Origin: a virus
Taxonomy: Duplodnaviria > Caudoviricetes
Virus record (IMG/VR): IMGVR_UViG_3300017645_000004
Location: 1 to 46,593 of that record
Direction: 5' to 3' (one strand)
DNA: 46,593 nucleotides
In this document: positions 27,077 to 36,559 of the stretch, piece after piece
Position numbering within the stretch: position 1 is the stretch's first letter
How the letters are laid out: every line of letters begins with the position of its first letter
Position numbers and translations under genes: made by a program
Notes under the pieces: generated by a model
Told to the model about the DNA's origin: nothing
The model's input: the letters and a program-made list of their open reading frames with translations, nothing else
Database searches by the model: none

Positions 27077-27418
27077 CTAGAGGCCCGCGGACGGGTCTTT
27101 CTGATCTTCCGGCGCGGTGTCGGTCGTGACCGGAGTAACGTCCTCAGCGACCGTCTTCTCGGGGCTTTCAGGCCCATCCAAGGAAGGCTCGCCGGTTTCG
27201 ACCCTCTCCCCGCCTACTTCGGGCGCGGTGGTGCTCTTCTTCTCCTTCTTGACCTTAGGCCCTCGCTTTTCCTCCTTGACCTCAGGCTCGGCGTTTGGAT
27301 CCTCAAGGACCCCTGCCGCTATAAGCGGCGCGGCTGCGGCTTCGGGCAGATCAAGCGTGTCGCCCTCCGTGTAGGATTTGCCGCTATGCGTGATGTTTCC
27401 GATTACTTGGTATTCCAT
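27077..27418 (-). CDS. Hypothetical head-module protein with acidic tail
   Basis: HSGK.Y..GD.L.L....A..LI..G motif. Confidence 0.6.
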   Translation of the reverse strand: MEYQVIGNITHSGKSYTEGDTLDLPEAAAAPLIAAGVLEDPNAEPEVKEEKRGPKVKKEKKSTTAPEVGGERVETGEPSLDGPESPEKTVAEDVTPVTTDTAPEDQKDPSAGL

Positions 27419-27428
27419 ACGTGCGGGT

Positions 27429-27962
27429 TTAATCGCTTATAAGATACTCGACGTACACGTTCATTTTTCCAGCGGTGAGCGCCGCCGTAGCGACAGTGGC
27501 CGTGATCTCACGTACCGCCGTCGTCTTGAGCATAGAGCCCGCAAAGAGCGCCGCTACCTCCAACGCTGAGTCGTGCGCCGCATCAGCGCCGAAGTTCGGG
27601 AACCCGATCTTGGAGCCATGAATGCCTGCATCCCAGACGTTCGAAGAGTCCGAAATAGCTATTGCGGATACGATGTCATTGGCGCTCTGAACGTGCAGAG
27701 CGATCGTGGCAGCATCCGTGTCACCGTCTGTGAAGGTCGTTACGACATCCACGAGAACGCGGGTGATGACCGCGTTATCCGGGATATACACCCCGAGACC
27801 ATGCGCCGCTGTCGCGCCGCTGTCGCCGCCGGACACGTCGTAGGTCGCCACGGCGACTTTAGGCACCGTAGTGCCGATTCTCTTGACGTTCGTCTGCCCG
27901 GCTTGGTTTTCGATATAGAAATCCTGCGCCTGGATGGGAACGTCTTTTCTGATTATTTCCAT
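27429..27962 (-). CDS. Putative capsid decoration protein
   Basis: Follows MCP; IP.NA.I..V.V.V.T.F and TAG...V.VEY motifs. Confidence 0.6.
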   Translation of the reverse strand: MEIIRKDVPIQAQDFYIENQAGQTNVKRIGTTVPKVAVATYDVSGGDSGATAAHGLGVYIPDNAVITRVLVDVVTTFTDGDTDAATIALHVQSANDIVSAIAISDSSNVWDAGIHGSKIGFPNFGADAAHDSALEVAALFAGSMLKTTAVREITATVATAALTAGKMNVYVEYLISD

Positions 27963-28019
27963 AATGGATGTGCTTAGGCGCAAAGGCCCGGCCGGGAGAC
28001 CGGGCCAATGCGCGAGTGA

Positions 28020-28949
28020 TTAAGCAACTGCGGTCTGGAACAGGTAGGCGCACTCAGCGGATACCAATTCTGCATCGCGGTAGTCGTCGCCGACGCGGAC
28101 GAATTGACCGCGGCGGTCGCGCTCGTCGGTGCCGTTGAGGCGTTCGACGGTGCGGCTCTTCCACTGGTACGTGACGCCGAGCGTGACCATCTTCTGGCCC
28201 CTGCGCGGATTGATGTACGCGAGGAGAGCGTTCTTGCCCCAGATGTAGGACATAGAATCGGCCTGGCCTTCGACGGAGCCATTCTTTTCGGCCGCGCCGA
28301 CGATGACGCGGTCAACGTCGAAGAGGCGAGCAAGAAGCTCGTCCGTCGCCGTGCCGAGCTGCGAGTATTTGATGCGCTCGATGATCGCCGGGTGATCGAG
28401 GAGCTTGTCGCGCACCTGCTTGCCGAGCATGAGCGTGTTCGGCTTCTGCATGACCGCACTGTGCACGGTCTGGGCAGCGGCGCGGATAGCCGTGATCGGA
28501 TCTGAGTTGCTGTCGTTCCACTGGCTCGTGCCTGAAAGTGCCGAATACTGCGTTATGACCGAGTTGTCGGTCAGAAGCGTTGCCGCCTCCACCTCCTTAT
28601 CGACCATCAGCTTTTCGGTGACGTTTTCCGTCGCATCCGAGTACGGATCGACGCCTACGGGAGCGTTTTCTACGTCCTCGTTAGCGACGAACTCCTTAAG
28701 TGCATGGTCTTCGCAGAAGTACGTCAGCCCAGTCGTGATGCTGTGCGTAACTTCCTTCGAGCGAGCACCGGAGCCACGTCGCGCTTCCTCCGCGCGGAAC
28801 TTCCCCTTGTCGTAGACGAAGTGCTTGCCGCTCTGGAGCTTCACGGGAAGCGACGGAAGCAGAAGGTCTGCGATGTATGCTTCGTTGGTGTAACCGAGCG
28901 AAATGTCGGTCAGGACCGGATCGACACCTTGATACCTGTTAGTAGACAT
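28020..28949 (-). CDS. Major capsid protein (GpE-like, HK97 fold)
   Basis: DP.LT.I..GY.N, W.D.NSDP...I, PN...LG and L..HP motifs. Confidence 0.9.
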   Translation of the reverse strand: MSTNRYQGVDPVLTDISLGYTNEAYIADLLLPSLPVKLQSGKHFVYDKGKFRAEEARRGSGARSKEVTHSITTGLTYFCEDHALKEFVANEDVENAPVGVDPYSDATENVTEKLMVDKEVEAATLLTDNSVITQYSALSGTSQWNDSNSDPITAIRAAAQTVHSAVMQKPNTLMLGKQVRDKLLDHPAIIERIKYSQLGTATDELLARLFDVDRVIVGAAEKNGSVEGQADSMSYIWGKNALLAYINPRRGQKMVTLGVTYQWKSRTVERLNGTDERDRRGQFVRVGDDYRDAELVSAECAYLFQTAVA

Positions 28950-28977
28950 AAACGATAATTGATGAAGCGATTAAGCT

Positions 28978-29358
28978 CTACGCGATGTAGAGGTGCTGAA
29001 TGCCGAGCTGGACCTCGATGAGGTCGCCGCTCGACGCTGCGGATGTTCCGAGATGGCGGCCGATTACGACGTCGCCGTCGGTTGTGGTCGCCACGGCCTT
29101 ACCGTTGCCGTCGGACGTTACAAACGCTCCGACTCCGATAGTGCCGCCCGCTTTGACCTTTGCTGCACCGGTGAACGCGTAAACCGCCTGCTCGCCGGCA
29201 GCGGGGGTGTTCTGGAGAACGCCGACCAGAAGGTCGGTCGCGCCCTCGCCGACCTCTACGAGACCGGCAGCGCTGAGCTGCACAATGTAGTGCTGCTTGT
29301 CGGTCATCGACTCGCCCGCTTCGCGGGAGTACGTCTGACCGATGTGTTCAGTGGACAT
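28978..29358 (-). CDS. Capsid cement protein (DUF2190-like)
   Basis: GVLQN.P..GE.A, V.AGG.I..G..V.SD..G.AV and GD.I.V motifs. Confidence 0.8.
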   Translation of the reverse strand: MSTEHIGQTYSREAGESMTDKQHYIVQLSAAGLVEVGEGATDLLVGVLQNTPAAGEQAVYAFTGAAKVKAGGTIGVGAFVTSDGNGKAVATTTDGDVVIGRHLGTSAASSGDLIEVQLGIQHLYIA

Positions 29359-29382
29359 AAGTGCTGGAAATTGAGTGAGTAA

Positions 29383-30618
29383 CTACTTTGCCTCTGCTTC
29401 GAGTGCTGCGTCGTACGCAGCCTTAAGCTCTGGCTTCTCCGAGTAAACCTGCTGAACGGCATCCGCGTAGGCGAGTGCACCCTCGGAGGCCTTGACCTTT
29501 TCGGTTGCGAGCTGCTTGACCTGCGCCGCGATCGCTTCCTTGGTCTGCTCCGGAGCGCCGCCGTCACCGATCTCGGTGAAGATCGATTTGTCGGCTTTCG
29601 GAAGATTGTTGAGGATGTTGCGGAACTGGTCGCGCTGCTTTTCACTAAGCGTGAGCATGAGGTCGATCACGGCCTTCTTCTGCGCGGGCTTTATGCGACC
29701 ATCAGCGTTAGAAGCGGAGAAGACAAGCTTTTCCACCTCGTTACCGATCTTAATCTTCTCGACTTCGGCGAACGCCTTTGCGCCATCGTTAGCTGACTTC
29801 TGAAGGGTCTCGAATAGGGCTGCCGGTACGGAGTAAACCTTTTTGCCGTTTACTTCCGAAGCGACGACCTGATCGCCGCCTGCACTCCCGCCGCCCTCGT
29901 CGCCTTCTTCGCCGCCTTCGTCATCACTTTCTTCCTCACCGCTCGCGCCGCCACCGCCGTCCTCGTCGAAAACCGACTTGAACGCCGTCTTCTGCTCGTC
30001 GTTGAGTTCTTCTTTGTGCTTACGGAGGAAGTCCTTCTCCTCGTTATTGAGTTCGGACGCCTTCTTCGCAAGGATCTGCTTTAAATCCATATCATCTGAA
30101 AATTGATGAATAATCTGCGGCTCGCTGAACACGACTACCGCATCGAGTTCTTTGAAATACGGCCTGTTCGTCAGCGCTCCGCCGACAAGAACATGGTTGC
30201 GCCTTTCCCCCGTTTCCGGGTCGGAGTACTCCTCGTAGAACTCTGGTGAGAAGTACTTAAAGGCACGTTCGGACAGGAGACGCTGGCCCTCCGGTGTCCA
30301 TTCCACGACTGCGTAGAGACCCTTAACGCCGCGATCGATCAGTTCCTTGAACCAACCGATGGCCTCCAATTCACCCCCATTCATGCCGTTGTCGTGGCCG
30401 GCAGTGATGGGAAGGTCCTTGCGGACCTTATCTTTGAAGTTCTTTACGAACTCCGCGATGTGGGCGGATGTGATCTCCATCTCGCCGTAAACCGGATGCT
30501 GCCACTTGCCCGTCGGGACAACGTGAATCTCGTCCGGTAACTCAGCAAAGGACGACCCCTCTCCGAAGAGCTGGATCGGAAACGCGATTCGCTTTTTGCT
30601 ATCACGCTCTTTGCTCAT
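29383..30618 (-). CDS. Mu-like prohead protease / scaffold
   Basis: P.G.W.H..YG, A.GW, V.WT..G...L....FKYFSPEF and GGALTNRP motifs. Confidence 0.9.
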   Translation of the reverse strand: MSKERDSKKRIAFPIQLFGEGSSFAELPDEIHVVPTGKWQHPVYGEMEITSAHIAEFVKNFKDKVRKDLPITAGHDNGMNGGELEAIGWFKELIDRGVKGLYAVVEWTPEGQRLLSERAFKYFSPEFYEEYSDPETGERRNHVLVGGALTNRPYFKELDAVVVFSEPQIIHQFSDDMDLKQILAKKASELNNEEKDFLRKHKEELNDEQKTAFKSVFDEDGGGGASGEEESDDEGGEEGDEGGGSAGGDQVVASEVNGKKVYSVPAALFETLQKSANDGAKAFAEVEKIKIGNEVEKLVFSASNADGRIKPAQKKAVIDLMLTLSEKQRDQFRNILNNLPKADKSIFTEIGDGGAPEQTKEAIAAQVKQLATEKVKASEGALAYADAVQQVYSEKPELKAAYDAALEAEAK

Positions 30619-30691
30619 GCTTGTATGATACGGCACTGATGACGTGCACCTTCGGCGCATCCGGCCGAACGTGGGGATAACGGGGGAGAGA

Positions 30692-31255
30692 ATGGCAGCG
30701 GACGACTTGCGCCTTGAGTTACTGACGCCTCAAGGAATAGCGCTTTTCAGACGCACGGTGACCGATCATTACGGATGGTTCATGCACGAATCAGCCTTCG
30801 AGCGTGTCGACACGATTCGAAGAGAAGGGCTTCAGCCCCGCAACCCCGGCTGTGGAGTGCCGGATGTCGTCGTCAGCACGTTCAAGGGTTCGGATGGGAT
30901 CGTCTGCTTAAATCCTCTCGGCAGCAGACATGCGAAGTCATCTCACGCGGGACACATATTTCGAATGGGCATCCGAGCGGCCGATCTTCCGCCGCGTCTC
31001 GGTATCGACTGGTCGTATCCGGAGAGTTGGAGCCTAAGGGGTGTGACGGATGCTCAACTAGCCGGATTTGGGAGAGACGGCGCTATTCTCTATGTCGTCG
31101 ATGATACCGGGTCGATTGCGTCTTATGATCCGATCCCTGCATCCGTGCTGCGTGTGTGCACGAAAGGTAAGCACGGGCTATTTCCTTCAACATGGCCGCT
31201 CCTGTCGAGCGTAGGAAACGACGAAATCTTCACTATCGACCGTTCCGGCGTTTGA
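30692..31255 (+). CDS. Antisense moron, possible ADP-ribosyltransferase fold
   Basis: H.S.......I.REGL.P motif; opposite strand to the late operon. Confidence 0.5.
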   Translation: MAADDLRLELLTPQGIALFRRTVTDHYGWFMHESAFERVDTIRREGLQPRNPGCGVPDVVVSTFKGSDGIVCLNPLGSRHAKSSHAGHIFRMGIRAADLPPRLGIDWSYPESWSLRGVTDAQLAGFGRDGAILYVVDDTGSIASYDPIPASVLRVCTKGKHGLFPSTWPLLSSVGNDEIFTIDRSGV

Positions 31256-33404
31256 GCGGCTTCTTCGGCTGAAGCAAGTCATTGACCGCATCCCCGAAGC
31301 GGTCGCGCAATGACTGCGGGATGCCGTCTATACTCGGTTTCTCCTCCTCGTCCTGCAAGATGGCGACCCAAATTCCACGGCAATTGCTGTGGAAGATGGT
31401 GTTGCGGCCGAACGGATCGGCCTTTTCGATGATGCGCCCATCGATGGATTCGCAATAGGGGCACGTGCGCATGTCCAGAAGCTCGGAGCGCTGCAAAGCG
31501 TAGATGTCCTCGGCGTTGCGGTCGAATACCGTGTCGCGGCCGTGGTTCACGTAACCGGAGACAAGGATGGCCTTCGTATCCTTGGCGAGGCGGTCTATGG
31601 CTGCCGCTGCTGCGGCGTCGGCTGCTGCGAGCGCCGCCGTGGTGGACTGGCCCTTATTCAGAGCCTCCACATAGGCGTTCTTGCTGTCGTTTACGATCTC
31701 GGCGATCTGCTGGTCGGCGATGGCCGCCGACTGGATGTCGATCTGCCGGATCATTTCGGCCGGATTTGCTGGAGCGTCGGTCCCTATCTCCTTGGCGGCG
31801 TTGTTCTTTCCGTACTCAAATGAGGTCTTGAGTGCGTTCTTGAGGATGCGGGCGTAGTCGGCCTGGACCTTGAGCGTGATGTCCTTGATGGCCTTGGTAT
31901 CGCCCGCAAGCGCGGCCTTCGTGAATTTCTGCATGTACTGCTCAAGCGCGTCGTTAAGCAGCTCACGGGTAGCGCTGTCGAGCTGGCCTTCCAGCTCGTT
32001 CATCTTGTCGTGTAGCGACTGGAAATTGACCTTCTGCTCGGCGAAGGTCAGCCTGCGGAATGGCTTAAAGCCCTCTGCGAAGTTTTTTTTTAGACTGCGC
32101 GGGTGCTCATGGGCCTCTCGCTTGGGGTCTGTCTCGTCGTCGATGGCGATCTGCTGCGCCTGGGGGCGTTCCCGGACGCCAGTTTCATCTAGCTCCGGCA
32201 TGTCCATAAGCTCGCGGAAGTACGGCTCGTCGGCCTCCTGGGGAGTGAGGGCGCCGGCATTGACTAGACCGCTGTATGTTTCTGCGAGAGCTTTCACATC
32301 GACATTCGTAATACCGTCGAAGTCTAGGACGGGGTAGTCGGTCACGTTCTCGAAGTTGAGGTCAACAAGCTCGCGTATATGCGGGTTCATGACGCTGCAA
32401 ATGTAGCGGGCGTAGGCTTCCTCAGCCTGTAAAAAGAGCTTCGAGTGATCCTCGGATAGCGCGCGCGAGCCTCCGGTGCCTCCGGCTGTGGTAGAGCCCA
32501 GCTCGAGGAATTGCGCGAGCATACTCTTGAGGATTTCGCGTGCGTGGTAAGCGAGAGAATTTGACGGGTCTTTCGTGCCACTCGCCTTCATGTCCATGAA
32601 CGACACGCTGTAGTCTTTTGGACGGACGACATGAGCTTGCGAATTGGCCCGGATGTTCTTCGCGATCTCCTGCGCCCTGGCGGTGTCCTCCTTCGTCGCG
32701 TTCTCGGGGAGTACTATGTCGGGGATGCCGATGCCCTGCCTCTCGTGCGCGATCGCGTCGATCTTCTCGATATTGGTCTTGATGTACCAGTGTTTGTAGG
32801 CGGGACGGAGTATTGATGTGCCCCACCAGTTGTCGCCCTCCATCTCGTTCACGAAGACGATGAGCTTTTCCATCGGGATTTCGACGACCTTGCCGTCGGA
32901 TTTGTTCTGCGTGATACCCGCAAGGCCGCCGGATATTGCCCATTTCTGAATGGATTTCGGGAGCCGCGGCGAGAGCTTGTGCCAGACTATCCGCGTCTGG
33001 CCGTCCACCTCGCGGGTGGCAAAGACCTTCTCGAATGCCATGACGCCGAACGGCAGCATGAGGAGCACTTGGCGCAGGAAGTCGGGGAATGCGAGCGCCT
33101 GATATTCAAACAGCGCGTCTTCTACGAAATCCGCGACTTCGCGGTCTGCGTCTTCTTCACTGGATGCTTTGATGTACCAGTTGGCGCTGCGGATCGGGAG
33201 CGTGACGGCCTTGAGCCCGGCGCTGATCGTGCCGTCGCTCTTGCGCATTTCATCGTAGATCGCGATGCCCTTAATGTCGGAGAGCTTCGCATTGTATTCC
33301 TCGCTTATGATGCCATCGAGAATACGAGTGCCGGTGTCGCCGACTTCGAGACCCTTTTTGATTTCCTTGGACGGGCGCTTCTTGGAGGCGACCTTTTTGG
33401 CCAT
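31233..33404 (-). CDS. Portal protein (DUF935 / Mu gp29-like) fused to a MuF head morphogenesis domain
   Basis: Portal motifs YDEM...D..I, G.SILR.AY..W and GS.AL...H; C-terminal D.RTC..C...DG and H.NCR. Confidence 0.9.
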   Translation of the reverse strand: MAKKVASKKRPSKEIKKGLEVGDTGTRILDGIISEEYNAKLSDIKGIAIYDEMRKSDGTISAGLKAVTLPIRSANWYIKASSEEDADREVADFVEDALFEYQALAFPDFLRQVLLMLPFGVMAFEKVFATREVDGQTRIVWHKLSPRLPKSIQKWAISGGLAGITQNKSDGKVVEIPMEKLIVFVNEMEGDNWWGTSILRPAYKHWYIKTNIEKIDAIAHERQGIGIPDIVLPENATKEDTARAQEIAKNIRANSQAHVVRPKDYSVSFMDMKASGTKDPSNSLAYHAREILKSMLAQFLELGSTTAGGTGGSRALSEDHSKLFLQAEEAYARYICSVMNPHIRELVDLNFENVTDYPVLDFDGITNVDVKALAETYSGLVNAGALTPQEADEPYFRELMDMPELDETGVRERPQAQQIAIDDETDPKREAHEHPRSLKKNFAEGFKPFRRLTFAEQKVNFQSLHDKMNELEGQLDSATRELLNDALEQYMQKFTKAALAGDTKAIKDITLKVQADYARILKNALKTSFEYGKNNAAKEIGTDAPANPAEMIRQIDIQSAAIADQQIAEIVNDSKNAYVEALNKGQSTTAALAAADAAAAAAIDRLAKDTKAILVSGYVNHGRDTVFDRNAEDIYALQRSELLDMRTCPYCESIDGRIIEKADPFGRNTIFHSNCRGIWVAILQDEEEKPSIDGIPQSLRDRFGDAVNDLLQPKKPLKRRNGR

Positions 33405-33426
33405 ATGCGTGAATAATACCACCTCG

Positions 33427-35052
33427 CTAGAAGGTCATATCCATCAGGCCCTCCGTGACTGTGGACGCGCGCCGCTCCTTCGGTTCTTCCGGCGGAAGTT
33501 TCTGCGCGACCTTGCCGAGTGGCCAGCGGCGAAGCGCGAGCATCGTGCTGTCCGGAATGTGGTCGTCCTCTTTGACCGGCTTGTCGCTGCCTTCCTGATA
33601 GCGGTAGCGCTTGTGCTGCCAAATGGCGACTTGGAACTTGCGCGGAACGCGCATGAGGCGGCGCTGCCAGTGCGCCCGGTAATTGCCAAGCATTTCTTCC
33701 TTCTCGGTACCGACGCGCCGCGTCTTGTCCTTTTTGCCGTCTGCTCCGATGTGCTCGACAGGACGGCCGAACGGTATCTCATGAACAGTGCACCGAAAGT
33801 GTTGCTCCTCCGGAAGCTCCCGTAGCGCCTTACTGATCTCTGAGCGCAAGTCAGCGTTCTCGAACGGGTGAGAGCCGTCCGCGTAGATGTTCTTGATGCG
33901 ATACTTGAGCACATCGGCCACAATGTCCTCGATGATGAGTGCGGACCGGACCTGTGTGTAGATGCGGCTCTCAAGCTGCACCTTCTGCTGATCCTTGTGT
34001 GCCATGAGCGGCGTCCACGCGGTCATGCCGGAAAAGCCCCAGTCCAGCCCGCCCGCCACTTCGGCACCCTCCTTCCATTCATATCCCGTCAGATCGTCGA
34101 TGACGCAGGCGTCCACGTCTTCCGGGTCATTGACCATGCCGGCGGCGCTCGGCCGCAGGCCCATGTATTCAACGTCGAACCAATCAATAGACGACTTCTC
34201 ACGCCATGCCTGGATAATGTTTGCTATCGGTACCCAGCCTTCCGGGTCGCCGGCTCTACCGGCGGCACGTTTCTTGAGTTGCTGAAAGTCCGGTATCTCG
34301 CGATTAAGCTTCGGGTCGTCCCAAATTGCCGGCTCGAATTGACGGCATACGTCGAACATGTCCCATGACATGCGGACGTAGCCAAGTTGTTCTGCCCGGT
34401 CCCATGTCTCCTGAAAGAGGCCGAATATTTTGTGGAAGGTTGAGGTGAGGACGACGAGCTGGTGAGGCGAGGTGTTCACCATCGGCAATGCTGAAAGAAT
34501 GATCTCGTCCTTCGCTTCGCACGCCTCGTCGATGAACAGGTTGTCAGGGTGCGGGCCGCGCACCTGCTTTGATGATGCTGCTACTGCCTTGAAGTAGTTC
34601 TTTTGGTCGGTCTCCGTGTAGTGCATCGTCGGCTCGTCCGGAAGCGAGTCGAGAATGCTGGTCTGAGCGTAAATGTGGTCGGAGAAATACTTGTAGACGC
34701 CCTCCGCCTGCTGAAGCGAACCGCCCATGTCCACAATACTCCGGAGCTGCAAATACCACTTCACGAAGCCAAGCGCTCCGAGCATGACGGACTTCCCGCC
34801 GCCGCGCGGGCCCTTGATGATGAAGCGTGTGGCGGGGTTGCCTTTGAGGTCCTGCTGTAGCCAGAGGCACGCGAAGATGACCCGAAGCTTCTTCGGGAAG
34901 CGCATCGATGGGTCGATGAGCTTGAGGAAGGTGATCGGCTTTGTGCCGAAGCGCCGCCGGATGTCCTCAGGACTGCTGAGTATCGCCGCCCGTATTCGCC
35001 GTGCCGCCTCGTATGGAGTCGGCGTCTGCGAGGGCGTTTGTAATGATTGCAT
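33427..35052 (-). CDS. Terminase large subunit
   Basis: GPRGGGKS Walker A, LFIDEA Walker B, GLDWGF and K.DDH..DS nuclease motifs. Confidence 0.92.
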   Translation of the reverse strand: MQSLQTPSQTPTPYEAARRIRAAILSSPEDIRRRFGTKPITFLKLIDPSMRFPKKLRVIFACLWLQQDLKGNPATRFIIKGPRGGGKSVMLGALGFVKWYLQLRSIVDMGGSLQQAEGVYKYFSDHIYAQTSILDSLPDEPTMHYTETDQKNYFKAVAASSKQVRGPHPDNLFIDEACEAKDEIILSALPMVNTSPHQLVVLTSTFHKIFGLFQETWDRAEQLGYVRMSWDMFDVCRQFEPAIWDDPKLNREIPDFQQLKKRAAGRAGDPEGWVPIANIIQAWREKSSIDWFDVEYMGLRPSAAGMVNDPEDVDACVIDDLTGYEWKEGAEVAGGLDWGFSGMTAWTPLMAHKDQQKVQLESRIYTQVRSALIIEDIVADVLKYRIKNIYADGSHPFENADLRSEISKALRELPEEQHFRCTVHEIPFGRPVEHIGADGKKDKTRRVGTEKEEMLGNYRAHWQRRLMRVPRKFQVAIWQHKRYRYQEGSDKPVKEDDHIPDSTMLALRRWPLGKVAQKLPPEEPKERRASTVTEGLMDMTF

Positions 35053-35590
35053 ACACGTGGTCTTGCCTCTCCTGCGGAAGCACGGAGAGAGCGGCGCGTA
35101 GATCGTCCATGCCAAAGCTCTGACTTATGGTGATCTTCGACTTGTCGGTGATACGCCCCCGAAGCTTATTGTACTCGCCAATGCTCCGAATCTTGGTCGG
35201 GAGGTCGCGGTCTTGCTGAATAAGCTTCGCCAGCTCGCTATCCACCACGTCGTCTTTGAGAAGTTCGTTCAATAGCTGCCGGATGCGCTTTTGAATCTCA
35301 GCATTTCTCAGCAACTTTGACGATTGCACAGAGCACACGTGATACGCCTTGTCGTGGGGGCTGTCCTCTACAAGCCGCTTAATCATCTCGCCGGTATCCG
35401 GGTCCAATTCGTCCACGTAGACTGCATCGTGGGAAAGCTCGTCGAGCTTGTAGTCGAATGCCTCAGCGTAGGAGAGCGTGGCGTTGCCGAACAACTCTGA
35501 GTTCTGAGTGTAGCAGCGGCAGAACAGCTCGCGCTTTGCGTTCAGCTCCTGCTCTTCCTTCTCCTTCTGAGGCGGCTTCTTCTTGGCCAT
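34967..35590 (-). CDS. Terminase small subunit
   Basis: LN.K.ELFC..Y......NAT.SY..A and S.LL....I...I motifs; upstream of TerL. Confidence 0.85.
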   Translation of the reverse strand: MAKKKPPQKEKEEQELNAKRELFCRCYTQNSELFGNATLSYAEAFDYKLDELSHDAVYVDELDPDTGEMIKRLVEDSPHDKAYHVCSVQSSKLLRNAEIQKRIRQLLNELLKDDVVDSELAKLIQQDRDLPTKIRSIGEYNKLRGRITDKSKITISQSFGMDDLRAALSVLPQERQDHVYAIITNALADADSIRGGTANTGGDTQQS

Positions 35591-35603
35591 TGGCTTAATG
35601 GTA

Positions 35604-35951
35604 TCACGCGTGACGCCCGGCTTTTGGCGGATGCATAGACAGGTGCACCGTCTTCAGCACCGGTCCTTCGCCGTCGAACTCGTACACATATCGCATGATA
35701 CCAAGCTTCCCTTCCATCTGGTCCGTGCTGAGTTGCTTCCATACGTGATCGGCGCGCTTCGAGAGCCAGGTGTAGAGCCCGATGGGTTTGTACGCTTCGG
35801 GCGGAACGAGCTTGGATGCTTGATCTATTGCCAGAGGCGAGAGCTTCACTGGACGAAAATGGTCGGCAAGCTCAGTGGCTCCGTTGCCGGGAAATTCGTC
35901 GTAAGGCACCTCTTCGCCCATGACCACGATGCGGGGCTTGGTTTGGGACAT
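35604..35951 (-). CDS. Hypothetical protein
   Basis: Co-directional ORF. Confidence 0.55.
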   Translation of the reverse strand: MSQTKPRIVVMGEEVPYDEFPGNGATELADHFRPVKLSPLAIDQASKLVPPEAYKPIGLYTWLSKRADHVWKQLSTDQMEGKLGIMRYVYEFDGEGPVLKTVHLSMHPPKAGRHA

Positions 35952-35957
35952 AAAACG

Positions 35958-36122
35958 TCAGAATGATTTGGTAATCACATGCTTGCGACCGTGCGGATCG
36001 GTCACGTGTATCTTGATGCCCTTCTTCCAATTGATGCGAAGGAGCTTCCAGCCCGGAGGGAGTGCAGCGATGATGTTCTGCTTGGTGCGCTCTTTCGAGA
36101 CGCGGCGACCACCAACCTGCAT
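35958..36122 (-). CDS. Small basic hypothetical protein (54 aa)
   Basis: Fills the gap exactly between neighbouring genes. Confidence 0.45.
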   Translation of the reverse strand: MQVGGRRVSKERTKQNIIAALPPGWKLLRINWKKGIKIHVTDPHGRKHVITKSF

Positions 36123-36124
36123 AC

Positions 36125-36538
36125 TTACTGGAGCTTGGTGAGCAAGAATGTCAGCATCGTCACGACCTGCCCGAGCGTTCCCTGTAGAGCGTCGAACTTT
36201 GCCTCAAGAGCTGCGATGCGGTCGCCCTGAGTGTCCGCCGGCGCGTAGCCGACCGATACCGGACGTGAAGAAAGCTGCGCCTTGAGCTGCGCGTTTTCGT
36301 CCTTAAGAGCACGCACGTCTGCCTTGAGCTGGTCGATCTCGCTTCTATCGAAGCCGACGATCTTCGCCGCTATGAAGGCGTCCGTGAAGACGCGTGTATT
36401 GAGGCTGTCGAGCTGCTGCTGAGAGAGGCTGTTGACTTGGGAGCGGGCCTGCGCGCTGGAATCGCTAAATGAGGCGCTGGCAAATCCGGGAGCTAGTAAG
36501 AGAGTCGCTGCAAGCAGCGTAATCATTGTGGTTCTCAT
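36125..36538 (-). CDS. Secreted coiled-coil protein
   Basis: Signal peptide ending ASA; two heptad-repeat segments. Confidence 0.7.
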   Translation of the reverse strand: MRTTMITLLAATLLLAPGFASASFSDSSAQARSQVNSLSQQQLDSLNTRVFTDAFIAAKIVGFDRSEIDQLKADVRALKDENAQLKAQLSSRPVSVGYAPADTQGDRIAALEAKFDALQGTLGQVVTMLTFLLTKLQ

Positions 36539-36559
36539 AGGCTTTCAGGATACCACAGG

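Noticed and set aside
14544-35101. Numerous plus-strand ORFs overlapping the late genes
   Set aside because: GC-rich antisense shadows of well-supported minus-strand genes; only 30692-31255 occupies its own space
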